In this document: positions 39,150 through 52,332 of the stretch, piece by piece
Layout: every line of letters starts with the position of its first letter
How positions within the stretch are numbered: the stretch's first letter is position 1
DNA from: Lama glama
Lineage: Eukaryota
Assembly: GCA_028534125.1 (NCBI GenBank)
Contig: CM052817.1
Location: 49,230,001-49,294,000 of the forward strand
Direction of reading: 5' to 3'
DNA: 64,000 nt
Notes under the pieces: generated by a model
Told to the model about the DNA's origin: nothing
Database searches by the model: none
The model's input: the letters and a program-made list of their open reading frames with translations, nothing else
Position numbers and translations under genes: made by a program

Positions 39150-42100
39150 AAGGGTGACATCAAGGTAGAGTCAAAAGCACCAAGATCTGACCGTCTACCT
39201 CAACAACAATTGTCCTAGCAGAAGCTGTCTGAACTATGTTGGAAATATGGACTCTATCTGAGCACTTGAAATATTTAGGGGAGAGCCTGACTAGTAGATT
39301 GTGGTTAATTTTTTTTGTCAATTTCAGCTCCTTAGAATAGCAGTAGCTTCGAAGTCTCCATCACCCAGCCCCACTGCAGCCAACATGCCTTTCTCAATAA
39401 TATAAAGAAAACACACAAAAATAATTATTAAGTTATGTAATTAGGAACACAGTGTATAAACATGGAATTGATGGCATAAATAACTGAAAGAGGTGGATGG
39501 AGCTAAGCTATAAAGAAGCAGAGTTTTTGTATGCTTTAACTTTAACAATAGATCAAAAAATAAATCACAAGAGTATTAGAAAATATTTTAAAATAAATGC
39601 AAACATTAACCAAAAAAAGAGATGCACAGAAAGCAAGGCTAAGAGGTATTTTTAAAATTAAACTATTGTTGATTTAACAATACTGTGCTATTTTCAGGCA
39701 TCCACCAAAATGATTAGGTTATATATATATATCCATATTCTTTTGATTCTATTCCATTACAATCTATTACAAGATATTGAATATAGTTCCTTGCACTACA
39801 GAATAAATCTTTGCTGTTTATCTGTTTGTATACGGCAGTGGGTATCTCTTAATCCCATGGTCCCAATTTATCCCTATCACTCCCTTTCCACTTTGATATC
39901 CATAAGTTTCTTTCTGTGTCTGAGTCTCTTTCCATTTTGTAAATAAGTTCACATATACTATTTTTTTAGATTCAACATATAAGTGATACCGTATAATATG
40001 TGCCTTTCTGTGTATCACTTACTTCACTTACTATGATAGTCTCTAGATTCATCCATGTTGCTGCAAAGGGCATTATTTCATTTTTTATGGCTGAGTAATA
40101 TTCCATTGTGTATAGATATACCACATCTTCTTTATCCAGTCATGTCAATGGACATTTAGGTTGTTTTCATGTCTCAGCTATTATAAGTAGCGCTGTTATC
40201 AACATTGGGGTTCATGTATCTTTTCAAATTAGTTTTCTCTGTATATATGCCCAGGAGTGGGATTATTGGATCTTATGGTAAGAGTTTTCAGTTTTTTAAG
40301 GAACCTTCATAGTGTTTTCCATAATGGCTGCACTAATTTACATTCCTTCCAACAGTGCAGGAAAGTTCCCTTTTCTCCACACCCTTTCCAGAATTTATTT
40401 GTAGATATTTTAATAATGGTCATTTTGACTCTGGTGAGGTGATACTACATTGTAGTTTTGATGTGCATTTCTCCAATAATTAGTGATCTTGAGCAGTCTT
40501 TTCATGTGCCTGTTGGCCATCTGTATGTTCTCTTTGAAGAAATGTCTGTTTAGGTCTTCTGTCCAGTTTTGATTGGGTAGTTAGTTTTTTTGTTATTGAG
40601 TTGTATGAGCTGTTTGTGTATTTTCCAAATTAAGCCTTTGTTGATCACATTATTTACAAATATTTTCTCCCATTCTGTAGGTTGGCTTTTTGTTTTTTAT
40701 GGTTTCTATTGCTGTGAAAAAGCTTTAAGTTAGATTAGATCTCATTTGTTTATTTTTGTAAACAAATTGGGAGATTAAGCACCCAGTTTTGTAGACACAA
40801 ACAAACAAGTATCTTGGGTTGAGAACTGCAGTAGCATGGCAAGGACCGTATGTACTGGTCATTCTCTGTACTGTAGGTCTGCAGGCCAGCTCCCACAATC
40901 TCCTCTCCAGCCTCTGAAGCCCAGTATTTGTCCTGGCAGACTTCCTAGCTGGTGAAGGAGTTTTCTAGGATGAGGGAACCCTCCTCTTTCAGAGTTCCCT
41001 CCCAGGGGTGCAAGTCCCATCCTGATTCTTCTTCATTTTTCCTTTGTCCTACCTGGTAACATGAGGATAATTCTTATAACTTTGTTTGTATGAGATCTCT
41101 TGCAAGATTTCAGTAGGTGTTCTGTGAGAATTGTTCCACATGTAGATGTATTTCTGATATATTTGTGGAAAGAGGTAAGTTCCACACCCCTCTCCTCTGC
41201 CACCTTCTGTTGCTCAGAAGGAAATTTATAGCTGTAAGTCCCTACACTGAAAAAGAAGAAAGATATTGTAAAATCAATAACCTAATATTATATCTCAAAA
41301 AGTATAAAAAGAAGGCAAATGAAACCCAAACCTTGCAGAAGGAAGCAATGCAGATTAGAGTAAAATAAACAAAACAAAACAAAAAGGTTTAAAAAAAAAA
41401 ACAGAGAAAAATCAATAAAACCAAAAGCTGGTTTTTAGAAAAGGTCAGCAAAATCATCAAAACTTTAGCTAAATTGGCAAAGAGGAAAAAAAAGAGTAGA
41501 TGCAAACAATTAAAATGAGAAATGAACTTAGGGAGAGGATGAATGGTTTTACATAGGATTGTAAAAGGTTATGATGGAAGTGTGACCAAGATAGCAGAGG
41601 AGGAAGACCTTCATCTCAACTCTTCCCTCAGGCACATCAAAATATCAAGAATTTCCAGAGCATCTATTTATGAGAAAAATGAGACAACTAGCAGAAAAGA
41701 GCTGATAGCCACATGATCCAAGAATGAAATTAGACCCATATCTTACACTACATTCAAAAATTAACTCAAAATAGATCAGAGACTTAAACTTTAGAGGTAC
41801 AACTGCAACACTTCTACAAGAAAATTCTAGAGAAAAATTTCATCACATTGGATTGTGCTATGATTTCAATAGGTATGACACAAAAAGCACAAGCAAGAAA
41901 ACAAATCGATTGAACTACATCAATTGAAGAAATTTTGTACATCAGAAGACATTTTGAAATATAACGTATAGATTGGGAGAAAACCTTTGCAAATCATGTA
42001 TCTGATAAAGAATTAATGTGCTCAATTTATAAAGAACTCCTACAACTCAACAACAACAATAAAATCCCAACTGAAAAAATGGGAAAGTCCTTGAATAGAT

Positions 42101-42890
42101 ATTTCTCTAACAAAGAAATGCAAATAGCTAATGATACATAAAAAATGCTCCACATCATTGATCATTAGGGAAATGCAAATCAAAAGCACAAAGAGATACC
42201 ACTTCAGTCCTTAGGATAGCTATTATTTTTTTAAAGGAAATTAACAAGTGTTAGAATATGGAGGAATGTGACCTCACGCATTGCTGGTTGGAGTGCAAAA
42301 TGATGCATCTGCTGTGGAAAACATTTTTGTGATACATTGGAAAGTTAAACATAGAGCTATCACATGACTCATTAATTTCAATCCTGACTATATATCCAAA
42401 GGAATTGAAATCAGGGACTCAAACAGATGTTTGTACACCAAAGGTCACAGCAACATCATTTACAAAAGAAAAATGAATGGATAAAGATAATGTGATATAT
42501 ACACAATGAAATATTATTCAGCCTTAAGAAGACAGAAAATGCTAATGTGTTATGACATATAAGAACCTTGAAGACATAATATGAAGTGAAATAATGCTAA
42601 GTCAGAAAAGGACAAATTCTGTATGATTCCACTTATATGTGGTACCTAGAGTAGTCAAGTTCATAGAGATAGAAGGAAGAATAAAGACTACCGGGGACTG
42701 GGGAACTGGAGGGAACAGGGGAATTGCTTAGTGATACAGCATTTATGTTTGGGATGGTGAAAACATTTGTGCTATAGATAGTTCTTGTGGTTACACAACA
42801 TTGTGGATGTTCTTAATGCCACTAAATTCTATGCTTACAATACTTCAAAATGCTAAATATCTTTATGTACATTTTACTATAATAAAAAAG
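39150..42890. mobile_element. Cluster of L1 fragments on both strands in copy A intron 3
   Basis: - strand 3' end 39650-40760 nested in + strand L1 pieces; + strand ORF2/3'UTR ~41700-42890. Confidence 0.8.
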
Positions 42891-43319
42891 GCAATGCTTG
42901 CTTCTATGTTACTGCAAAATATATAGCAAAGGTCAGCAAAGGTGAAAGAACTAATAATTTCTTAGTGAGAAAGGTAATATCCTTTCCCTTTGCCTCTGAA
43001 AACTTTGTTTCAAAAATCCCCTTTATAAGAACAGTCTACTAATAACAATATGTAGTTGTCTCAGATATAGATTGTCTTCCTCTACTAAATTCGAATCAGT
43101 CTAATTATATTAGATACATTAGGATTGTTGCAAGCACTTGAAAACATGGTTGTAGCATCCACAGTTTAGAAACATTCATTACGTAATCACTTCAGGCCTC
43201 AGTGTGCTCATCTATTACCTGGAGACATCGAACTAGATTAATTCTAAGTTAACTGCCTCCTTCTGACAGGATGTGATTCTAAAAGTTTTCTAATAGAGTA
43301 AAGGCATTTATCTTAACAG

Positions 43320-43407
43320 GTTCTGTGGAGATACACAGGAAAGAAACCAGATACACTGGGAGCCAATACCCAGCTATATGAATGGATTCCACAGAATGAC
43401 CTTCTTG
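43320..43407 (+). CDS. UGT2C1: UGT2C1-like copy A exon 4
   Basis: acag|GTTCTG...TTG|gtgaga; 88 nt; [29 protein letters not shown]. Confidence 0.9.
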
Positions 43408-43539
43408 GTGAGACCAGAGAGAAAAAACATTAAACTGAGTTGAGTTTACTCATTAACAAATAAATTCAAGAAATTTGTCTTCAAAATAAGGAAAAAAACC
43501 CAAAGCCCTTAATGTCTTTTTCACATTTCTTCTGGAACT

Positions 43540-44040
43540 TGTTAAAGAAAAATTATTCATGATTCCTGTTAAAGATTGTAAGGCACACTTTAAGACCATC
43601 ATGATACGTTTAGGTCCTACTGCAATGGACCTTGACAGTGAGACAGAGAAACTGGACTTGACTCGGAATGAAAAAGAGAAAAGTTGTAAATTAATAGCCA
43701 AAATGCTGAATATTATATTATGTCACTGCATGAAAATTTACTATGAGGAAACAAGAGTGACAAAGGGGACTCTGGCAAAACTGACCTAATCTGACTCTTG
43801 CTGATGGCAGGCTAACATGATCAGATATCACTTGGGGGATGATGAAGAATGAGGCAACAGCTATAAGGGTGACTGGACATCAGGGATGGGGAAGTCTAGC
43901 AAAATAGACTTAATAGGGTTCTTGCTAAAATTGGGCAACGTAGAGATAAACACATAAGCCCCCAAATCAGGGCCTGGTTGGGAAGAGGATTCTGAGGAAC
44001 CTGACTAGAGTTTTGATTACTAATAGAATTTTTGTCAAGT
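43540..44040. mobile_element. ERV1-class LTR remnant
   Basis: tgttaaagaaaaattattc...gaatttttgtca, TG...CA termini. Confidence 0.55.
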
Positions 44041-44753
44041 TCCAACATAAGTAAGGAATTTATAATTCTCCCATTTATAATACAACTTCTCCCGCCTCAG
44101 AATCAGAGTCAGTATACTTTAGACCTTGACTCTCACTAACTTCTGTATAGAATATTGTAGAACCTCTTGAATCTCTGTATCCATTCCCTCCCATCTCTCT
44201 TCTCTTCTCCCCACAATAACTATTTGAAAAAATTCTGACAATCCCTTTCACCACCTATGATATTATTCACGGTTCCATATTACCATAACATCATGTGCAA
44301 AATCCCGTGTTCTTAGAGTACCTCAGGAGCTTGCCATGATCTACATTTTCTAGCCTCTTATGCCAACATTCTCATATTAAAACTCTGCACATCTCAGCTC
44401 TTCTTCCCCATCCACACAAGCATTTGTTTTCTGAAATCCCTTCATTCCTTTTTACCATTGTATTCGAAGCACCAACAACTTTTCCATGGCAACCACTCTC
44501 CATCAGTTGACTCTGCACAAACCTTCAGGGTTTTGTGGAATGACTTAATTGCTAGAATCATTCATTGCTGCTCAGCCTGGAATCACTGTCACTTTCTTTA
44601 GAGCCTGTAGAAATGTGTACAAGGCCTTGTGGCACAGAATTGTGTGGGAAATGCTGCCTAACTGAATTAGTGATTTATACAGGTGTCATGATTTTCTGTT
44701 TCTGAAATTCTTACAACTTAGAATAGCGATATTTATATATTTTCTCTTTTTAG

Positions 44754-44973
44754 GCCATCCTAAAACCAGGGCTTTTATCACTCACAGTGGAACCAATGGG
44801 ATCTATGAAGCTATTTACCATGGGGTGCCTATGGTGGGAATCCCCTTGTTTGGTGATCAGCATGATAATATTGTTCGTGTAAAAGTCAAAGGGGCAGCTG
44901 TTGAAGTTGATTTGCACACAATGACAAGTTCTGATCTGCTGAATGCTTTGAAGGAGGTTATTAACAACCCTTT
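44754..44973 (+). CDS. UGT2C1: UGT2C1-like copy A exon 5
   Basis: tttag|GCCATC...TT|gtaagt; 220 nt; [51 protein letters not shown]... Confidence 0.9.
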
Positions 44974-45529
44974 GTAAGTATAGAATATATCCTTTTCTGA
45001 GAATCATCCTGTTTTTTAAAAGGAGTAAACTGTTTCAGTTTTTAAATTGATTACTTTTACACAATCACCAGGACATAAATAATATCAAATATGATTGTCT
45101 TACACTTCTTAATTTTTATGAAGAAATTTTCATACCTACTGTTACTGGGCAATGGATTACAATCTCAAAAAATTAGTAAACATATTTAAAAAAATAAGCT
45201 ACTGTTACAGAGACACAAGTCTTTTTATTAATGATATTATTATTCATTTCTTAAAATTGTAGATATAATCACTAAAAGGATTTATGCAATATGACAAAAC
45301 ACACAGAAATAAAAATATAAAATTAGCTCCTCTCATGCAGTTATAACCAAATCCAGTTCAGAAATTTTACTTCAGATATTTCCTTGTGCTAATTTATAAA
45401 TAGAAAAAAAAAAGACAGAAACAATTGTATGAAAATTGGATTATGCTACTTTTTAATTAAAGATACCCCAATTTGTGTATTTTAATTTAAAGCAAAATTA
45501 AGATAGTGAATTAAAACTAAGAGATCCAA

Positions 45530-46700
45530 ATGGAGACATAGACGATGGTAGCCTCCCTGTCCCCTGGCAAAGATCAACATTAGACAGCTATCTATGAACA
45601 AAAACAGCTCTCGGAGAGTTCTAAACTCCATATGAGAAATTTTAGAAACACTGTGGAGCAGAAAACCTGAGAATAGTCACCTAAGGACAGAATGAAGACA
45701 GTTTTGTTTGATTGCATCATCCCATCCCCAAGCCATCATAGCTCATGTCCAAGAGAGATCTTTCCAAGTAGAAAGAGTTTCTTACCAGGAAAGAAATGTG
45801 GACTAGACTCTAAAGCAGCTTGGGACATAGAAATAGAAAAAACAATCCTAAATTTGCATGAAGCCACAAAAGATCCCAAATAGCCAAAGCAGTCCTAAGA
45901 AAGAAGAACAAAGCTGAGACGTCCCATTTCCTGATTTAAACTATGCTATAAAGAATACTAATTTTAACAGTATGGTATTGGCATAAAAATAGACACAGAG
46001 AGCAATGGACAGGATTGAGAGGCCAAAAATAATCTCACGCATATAAGGTTAAAAATATTTAACAAAACAGCCAGGAATACTCACTCAACAGGAAAGGGGT
46101 AGTCTCTTCAATAAATGGTGCTGGAGAAACTGGATAATCACATAAAGGAAAATGAAATGGGACTCCTATCTAACATCACTTGCAAAAATTAACTGGATAT
46201 GTACTGAAGACGTAAGACCGGAAACCACAAAAATGTCCTAGAAGAAAACATAGGGGGAAAGCTCCTTGAACTCTTTGCAATAATATTTGGAAATGACACT
46301 AACAGCACAAGGAACAAAAATAAAAATCAACAAATGAGTCTAGATCAAATTTACCACTTCTGCACAGCAAAAGAAGTGATCTACAAAATGGAAATTCTGT
46401 CATTTGTGACAACTATGCTAAGTGAAATCAGCCTGAAAGAGAAAGACATATACTGAATATCACTTATATGTGTAATCTAAAGGGACAAACTCAAAGAACT
46501 AGAGAGCAGAGTGGTATATACCAGGGCCTAGGAGTTCAGGGAGTGGAGAGATTTGGTCAAAGAGTCAAACTTTCTATAACAAAATGAATACCTTCTGCTG
46601 AACTTTGTACAACATAGATTAGCTGTGATCATAACTTCTCAACATGAATGATTACATTTATCATGATATTGTAGTTCAAATAAAGCAAATAAATATATTT
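45530..46700 (+). mobile_element. L1 fragments (5'UTR-like, ORF2, 3' end)
   Basis: aaatagccaaagcagtcctaagaaagaagaacaaagctg...gtctcttcaataaatggtgctgg. Confidence 0.8.
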
Positions 46701-48143
46701 GTTGGAAAAAAATATTAAAATTTTAAATATTGCAGTGGTTTGTCTACATATTACGTTCATATCAAATAAATTCTTACTAAAAATTCCATATAAATCTTTG
46801 AGCAAATATTGACATTATAGGTTAAAATACTTCCAATTTTGGCCAATATTGAAAGACTTTCCAATATGAACTCACTTCTCAACTTCACATTTATGTCTCT
46901 TAAATATCATATCTTAATTTTTGTTTGATGTATTATAATTATAACATTATAAAGGCTTATATAATACACATGTTGTCTAGACTACAATGTCCAATATTGT
47001 TTAGCCTTAGTTTTGTATTTATGTAGATTTATTGACGCACTTTGTGTTCTATAAAGGTATTTCTATAACTGACGGCTTTTGTTCTTGCTAATTTTTTACC
47101 TGCAAATGCTTTATTTTGATCTGTGGAGCTTATGTTGTTGTTGCTTTCTTGTTTACCTGCGATATATCCCGAATACTTATTCCTTAAAATATTGTGTATT
47201 AAGAAAGGCTTGCCTTGCTTTTTTCAAAACAAACGGCAACAGGGATTTATACAATAATTTTTTGGCTGACATTGCTCCTCAGACTTTCTCTATGCTGTTC
47301 CACAGTTTAGGACAATGAAATGCTTTGTATTTTCCTTTAACGATGACTACAGTTTAGTGTGGGAGAATGAACTCCCTCCTTCACCTTCTTCAGAAATTTG
47401 AGAAAATGCTTCTTCTAGGTCAGCTATCCAAAACCTAAAACAAAACCCTGGCTAGGTCTTTTGTCCCTTTACAGAAGGTAGAGGGTTCGTGTTCTGGCTC
47501 TTGCCATTTCCCATCTCACCACTGGCGCTTGCATCCCTCTGTAGCCTGAAGCAAAGATTCCAGCAACTACTCACTCTAGGGACCTACTACTTGCCCGTTG
47601 GGTGACATTAAGTTTTCTTATATTTTCAACTAAAATGTCAGGGCCATGAAGATCACGGACAGAAACCATTACCTGATGCTGTTGAACACTAGCTTCTTGT
47701 TAACACCAGCACTCCAGACCAAACCTGGGGACGGTGGAGGGGTGGGGGAAGGGTTCCTCTCTCACAGACCTGCCCTCAGTGCTGCATCCTGTCACTATCA
47801 TGTTCTCCATACCACCCCCTCAGCAAATGAGGGTAAAACGCTGTTTTCATATTCCTATATCTGAACTTTGAAAATGCTATTTCCAATAGAAGTTCTTTTC
47901 TCCCCTAACTCCAATTGTTATTTCCACTATGAAGCATCCAAAAAATTCTAGCTGATAGACCACTATGTAGAAATATTTCAAGAGGAAACAAACTTATATA
48001 CTTTGGTGCTCTTGGAGATGTTATTTATGACATCATTTATTATACAACTATTTAAAACACTTTTAATAATATATAACATAATTTTAGGTATACCACATCC
48101 TTAATGGATTTTTCAAGTTGTTATCCATATATTCAATTTTCAG

Positions 48144-48423
48144 CTATAAAGAGAATGCTATGAAGTTATCAAGAATCCACCACGATCAGCCAGTGAAGCC
48201 CCTGGACCGAGCAGTCTTCTGGATCGAGTTTGTCATGCGTCACAAAGGAGCCAAGCACCTACGCCCAGCCCTCCACAACCTCTCCTGGTACCAGCACCAC
48301 TCTTTGGATGTGATTGGGTTCCTGCTGGCCTGTGTGGCAACTACTATATTTTTGGTCACTAAATGTTGCCTGTTTTGTTGCTCGAAGTTTGGTAAAACCA
48401 CAAAGAAGAAAAAGAGAGAATAG
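48144..48423 (+). CDS. UGT2C1: UGT2C1-like copy A exon 6
   Basis: ttcag|[39 protein letters not shown]...KKKKRE*; the six exons sum to 1590 nt with no internal stop. Confidence 0.9.
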
Positions 48424-49223
48424 GATTTGGTTTTTCTGTTCAGTTTTTTTGTTTGTTTGTTTTTTTAACAAGTTGGGTGGAAACCTTGGTGGGGCCCATC
48501 CAAATCAATCCATCCGCTGACTTGAACTGATTGCTCTCCTACTCTTCAGGGTTCTTGTCCATTTCTCAGCTTATCAAATCAAAGATCAAAGACTCACCCC
48601 CGAAATGTGCCACATGATTCACAATTAAAGTTTCAAATTCTTTCCCAAAAATCTATTCTTTAAGAAGAGAAAATAAACAAATAAACACATGGAGTTGCTA
48701 CCATAAAGACTTAGTGCTTTATTCATAGCTTTCAGTTCAACAAATTGTGATGTTGTCTGAGGCCTTAGGAACAAAATGGTTAATTTCGTTTTCAGCATTG
48801 ATCACATTGAACACTTTCTAAATACGTAACATTATCCTGGGGCCAGTGTGTTATAGTTCTTGCATGTTCTCTAAAGGAATCAGGCAAGAGTAGTGCAGAG
48901 CACACTCCAGCCAGAGCTTCCCTTCAGGTCAGGAAGATCAGGAGGCTGTCAGGGTTTCTCCTCTGCCGTAAGGCACACTTGATGCCATCAATTTATTTTC
49001 ATCTGACACGTCAGACTGTGTCCCCCTTGCACTACAAAACACGCTTTTTTGCCTTTGATTTGAAGATTGCTCTTCGTTGGGAATTAATAATGTTAATTCT
49101 TCATTTGGATTGTAACACTTTTGTAGCTTCAGAGAAGTAGCTGAACTTCGTAAGTTAGCATGATTGATGGTACAGTGGAGTAAGTGACTGGAAATAAATA
49201 CCTACTTTATAAAAGTAACTAAT

Positions 49224-49308
49224 GAGAGGTGGTAACGTGCAGTGGTAGAGTGTGTGTTTACCATATATGAGGTCCTGAGTTCAATCCTCACTATCTCCCT
49301 TAAGAAAT
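49224..49308 (+). mobile_element. tRNA-derived camelid-type SINE in copy A 3' region
   Basis: cagtggtagagtg...gaggtcctgagttcaatcc (A/B boxes), TSD aaagtaacta. Confidence 0.75.
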
Positions 49309-49645
49309 AAAGTAACTAGAAATTTTATTTAATTCTTTTTTATATTAATTATACTGATAAATATTTGTAAAGCAGCAGCAAACTAGTTTCAGCTGCACTG
49401 CAGATACTTTGAGGGGGAGAGTCCATCTCTCAGAACTGCTCTTTGCTAAGGGGGTGATTTTTCCATCTAATCACAGCCTCAGGACATTGCCCATTTCTTG
49501 CTTTTACTTTGCCCCATCACTTCTCCTACTTCTCTCAGGAACTGTATTGTGACCACTCTATGAAGCACAAGACTTAGACTTCTGTTAAAAAGCATTAGCC
49601 AGAGATCTGCAGTAAACATGAAGACACAAGTTGCATTTTCATACA

Positions 49646-49651
49646 AATAAA
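49646..49651 (+). terminator. Candidate poly(A) signal for UGT2C1-like copy A (alternative at 48672)
   Basis: AATAAA with downstream GT-rich tract. Confidence 0.3.
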
Positions 49652-52332
49652 GATGTCTCTTAATTTCTTTCCTAAAAAAATGTATCTTCTAGTATGTTTG
49701 CCAGTGTTTTAGCCTTGAGGTCAAAAACTATTCAATCTAACTGTGATGGCATTACATAGTAACCAAGTTCATTAAGTAATTGCAATGGACTTTGAGAATT
49801 ATAACCTAAACTTAAGAGAACCAAAATTACAGCTCTATCTTAGAACAAATATAAATCATTTCCGCAATTTTCTGGTTTTGACAGTAAGAATGGCACAATT
49901 AAGAGCAAGTTAAACATAAACTTATTCTTAGATGGGCAATTAACTATGAAAAGATATAGGAAAAGTATATTTTTTAATTTTATGAGGTTTTGAAATAATT
50001 AAAAAATTGTAATGCTTTAATGTATAATTTTTTCAAAACGGTAAACACTAATGTTGTTTGTTTTCAGATCTAAATCATGTAATCAAAGCAGTAATTTACC
50101 ACAATGCTAAATCATTTATTCTGGCAATGAGATAGTGTTCTTTTCTAAAGTACTCTTTAAAATTTAGTTGAACCTTAGGTCATTTTATACCAAAGGCAAG
50201 ATATCCATTAACTTTTTCATTATTATAAAATGAGGTAACATAAAGCAGTAAGTTTCAGAATGATTGGGTTACACCAATAACAGATGGATTATAATTCATG
50301 AAAAACAAAGTGCATATGTAGCACTTTAAATAAACAATGCCTAAAAATATTAATATAGTGGATAAGTGTCAGTTGGAGGGAGGTCTAGAGCATCACAAAC
50401 GTCAAGATTAGGTGTACAAGCTCTCTAGAGAGGTTGATATATTTTGATTTGGAAATTATCATACTTCCATTTCATCACTACTCTTCACAAAATATAAAAT
50501 CTTTTTAAATTTTAATTTCATATACTATACACATACATACATATATATTCTACAATCAAAAAAGTAAGATTTTTTTAACAAATGCTGAAAGAAAAATGTA
50601 ATAGATAAAACAATGAAACACCTAATACTCTACTGTATTAAGATAAACCCAGGACTCTGGTAACCGTGAAATTTCTAATGATATTACTCATGGTGAATTG
50701 GGACCTTATAGTGTTGGAAGAACAGGTACTAGTCATTGTGACACAGTAGCTATTTGTTATATGGAAAAATGATGAGGAAAATGGAGACCAAAGTTTTGCT
50801 CTAGAGAATTAGTTCTTTGGAAAAAATATAATGATAGAGTGAAGCCTTTAAACCACTGTATTACGGCTGAGTAAGAAAGGCAGAAGACTTGCTTGGCCCC
50901 ATATAAAGAGATTCTCGTCCTTTGCAGAATTTCCTCACCAAAAAAGTTTTTTCTTTTATTTTAAAATAAGACATTTCCTGTTCTATTTAAAGTCAGACCT
51001 CGTCTGAAATGTTTCCAAGATTAGGACCCTACTTGCGGTGAGCAGAAGGGCAAGGCAGCTGATAAACAGTTAGTGAGAATCTTGAATTCCTAGACGCCCC
51101 TGAGCCCTTCGAGTCCTCAGAAGTGTCCCGCTCCTCTCTGTGAAGGGATGATAGCACCTCTCCATCATGGGAGGATCACAGAGTGTCCTCTACCCCACGG
51201 GACATCATATGTCCTTCTCAGGAGCTGCTCTTATCTGCCCTCTTGATCACAAGCCAATAACAAGAGTAAAGTCACACTGCAATACAGTCAGCTATAAGCT
51301 GGACCTACTAAGGAAAGACAGTATAACTCAAAAGAACTGAAGAACACATGCAAAATTTATTAGCAGGAACTGGGACATTATATATGGAATTGTACACTGA
51401 GGGACAGGATTGAGGAAAGTCAACATAAAGGTGTATAAGGGAGCATTTTTAAATTTTTCAAGCACTCTCTCAGGACACAGTATAATTACTACCTGCATTC
51501 AGACTCCAGGAGATGGTGGGAACAGACTACCATGATGTCTGTAGAAACTTGGCAACAATGATGGTCCTCAGGAAGTAAAACTGATGTGTTGGAAATTTCA
51601 TGACAACAGTGGAAGAAGGAACCCAAAGGCTTAGGGTAGTAGACATATAAAGATTGATATGCTATATATGTCTGTAAAATCTACAAAATGAGCCTTTACT
51701 CAAGCTATAAGATGTTCAGGGCGGTTGTCTACTGAGGGGCAGGACTGTTAGTGGTTATAAAACTTAGCTCATTATGTTAATTAAAATCAAATACAAAAAT
51801 AACAGAGACCAGTAGATAGCCATCAATAAACAGAAGTCAGGCGGTCACAGTGATCACGGTGAATAATAAGGGGGGTGGCAGCCAGGCAGGCTTAACCCAT
51901 GAAGAGCTATGGATATGGTGATAGAGCAGGCATCCCTAGAAACAGAATAGACAGGCGACCAAGAGGGAATTGCTGTGTCCATACTATCAGAAGAGTTGAA
52001 AGTCAGGTCTCAGAGTTAGAGGATAATTGTTTCCTTAAAACCATATTCACTTGAGAAGTTTTGGGACCTGAGGGTTGTCCTGATCCACTGACTAATGAAG
52101 GGACTGGGTCTATCAGAGAAAGAACCTTGTGACATCACAGTAAGTGTACACGTTAATGATTCCCTCAAATCCTTCCCAAAATGACAACAGCATCTTGAAA
52201 CAATGATGATGTTCTCAGTCCCTAAATGTATACTTGAATACATTCACTTTGTCGAGGGCACAACCCCCTAATTGCACCACTGGCCTGTGGGATGAGGGCT
52301 GTCACAGTGGGAAAAGCCAACTAGAAGCACTC

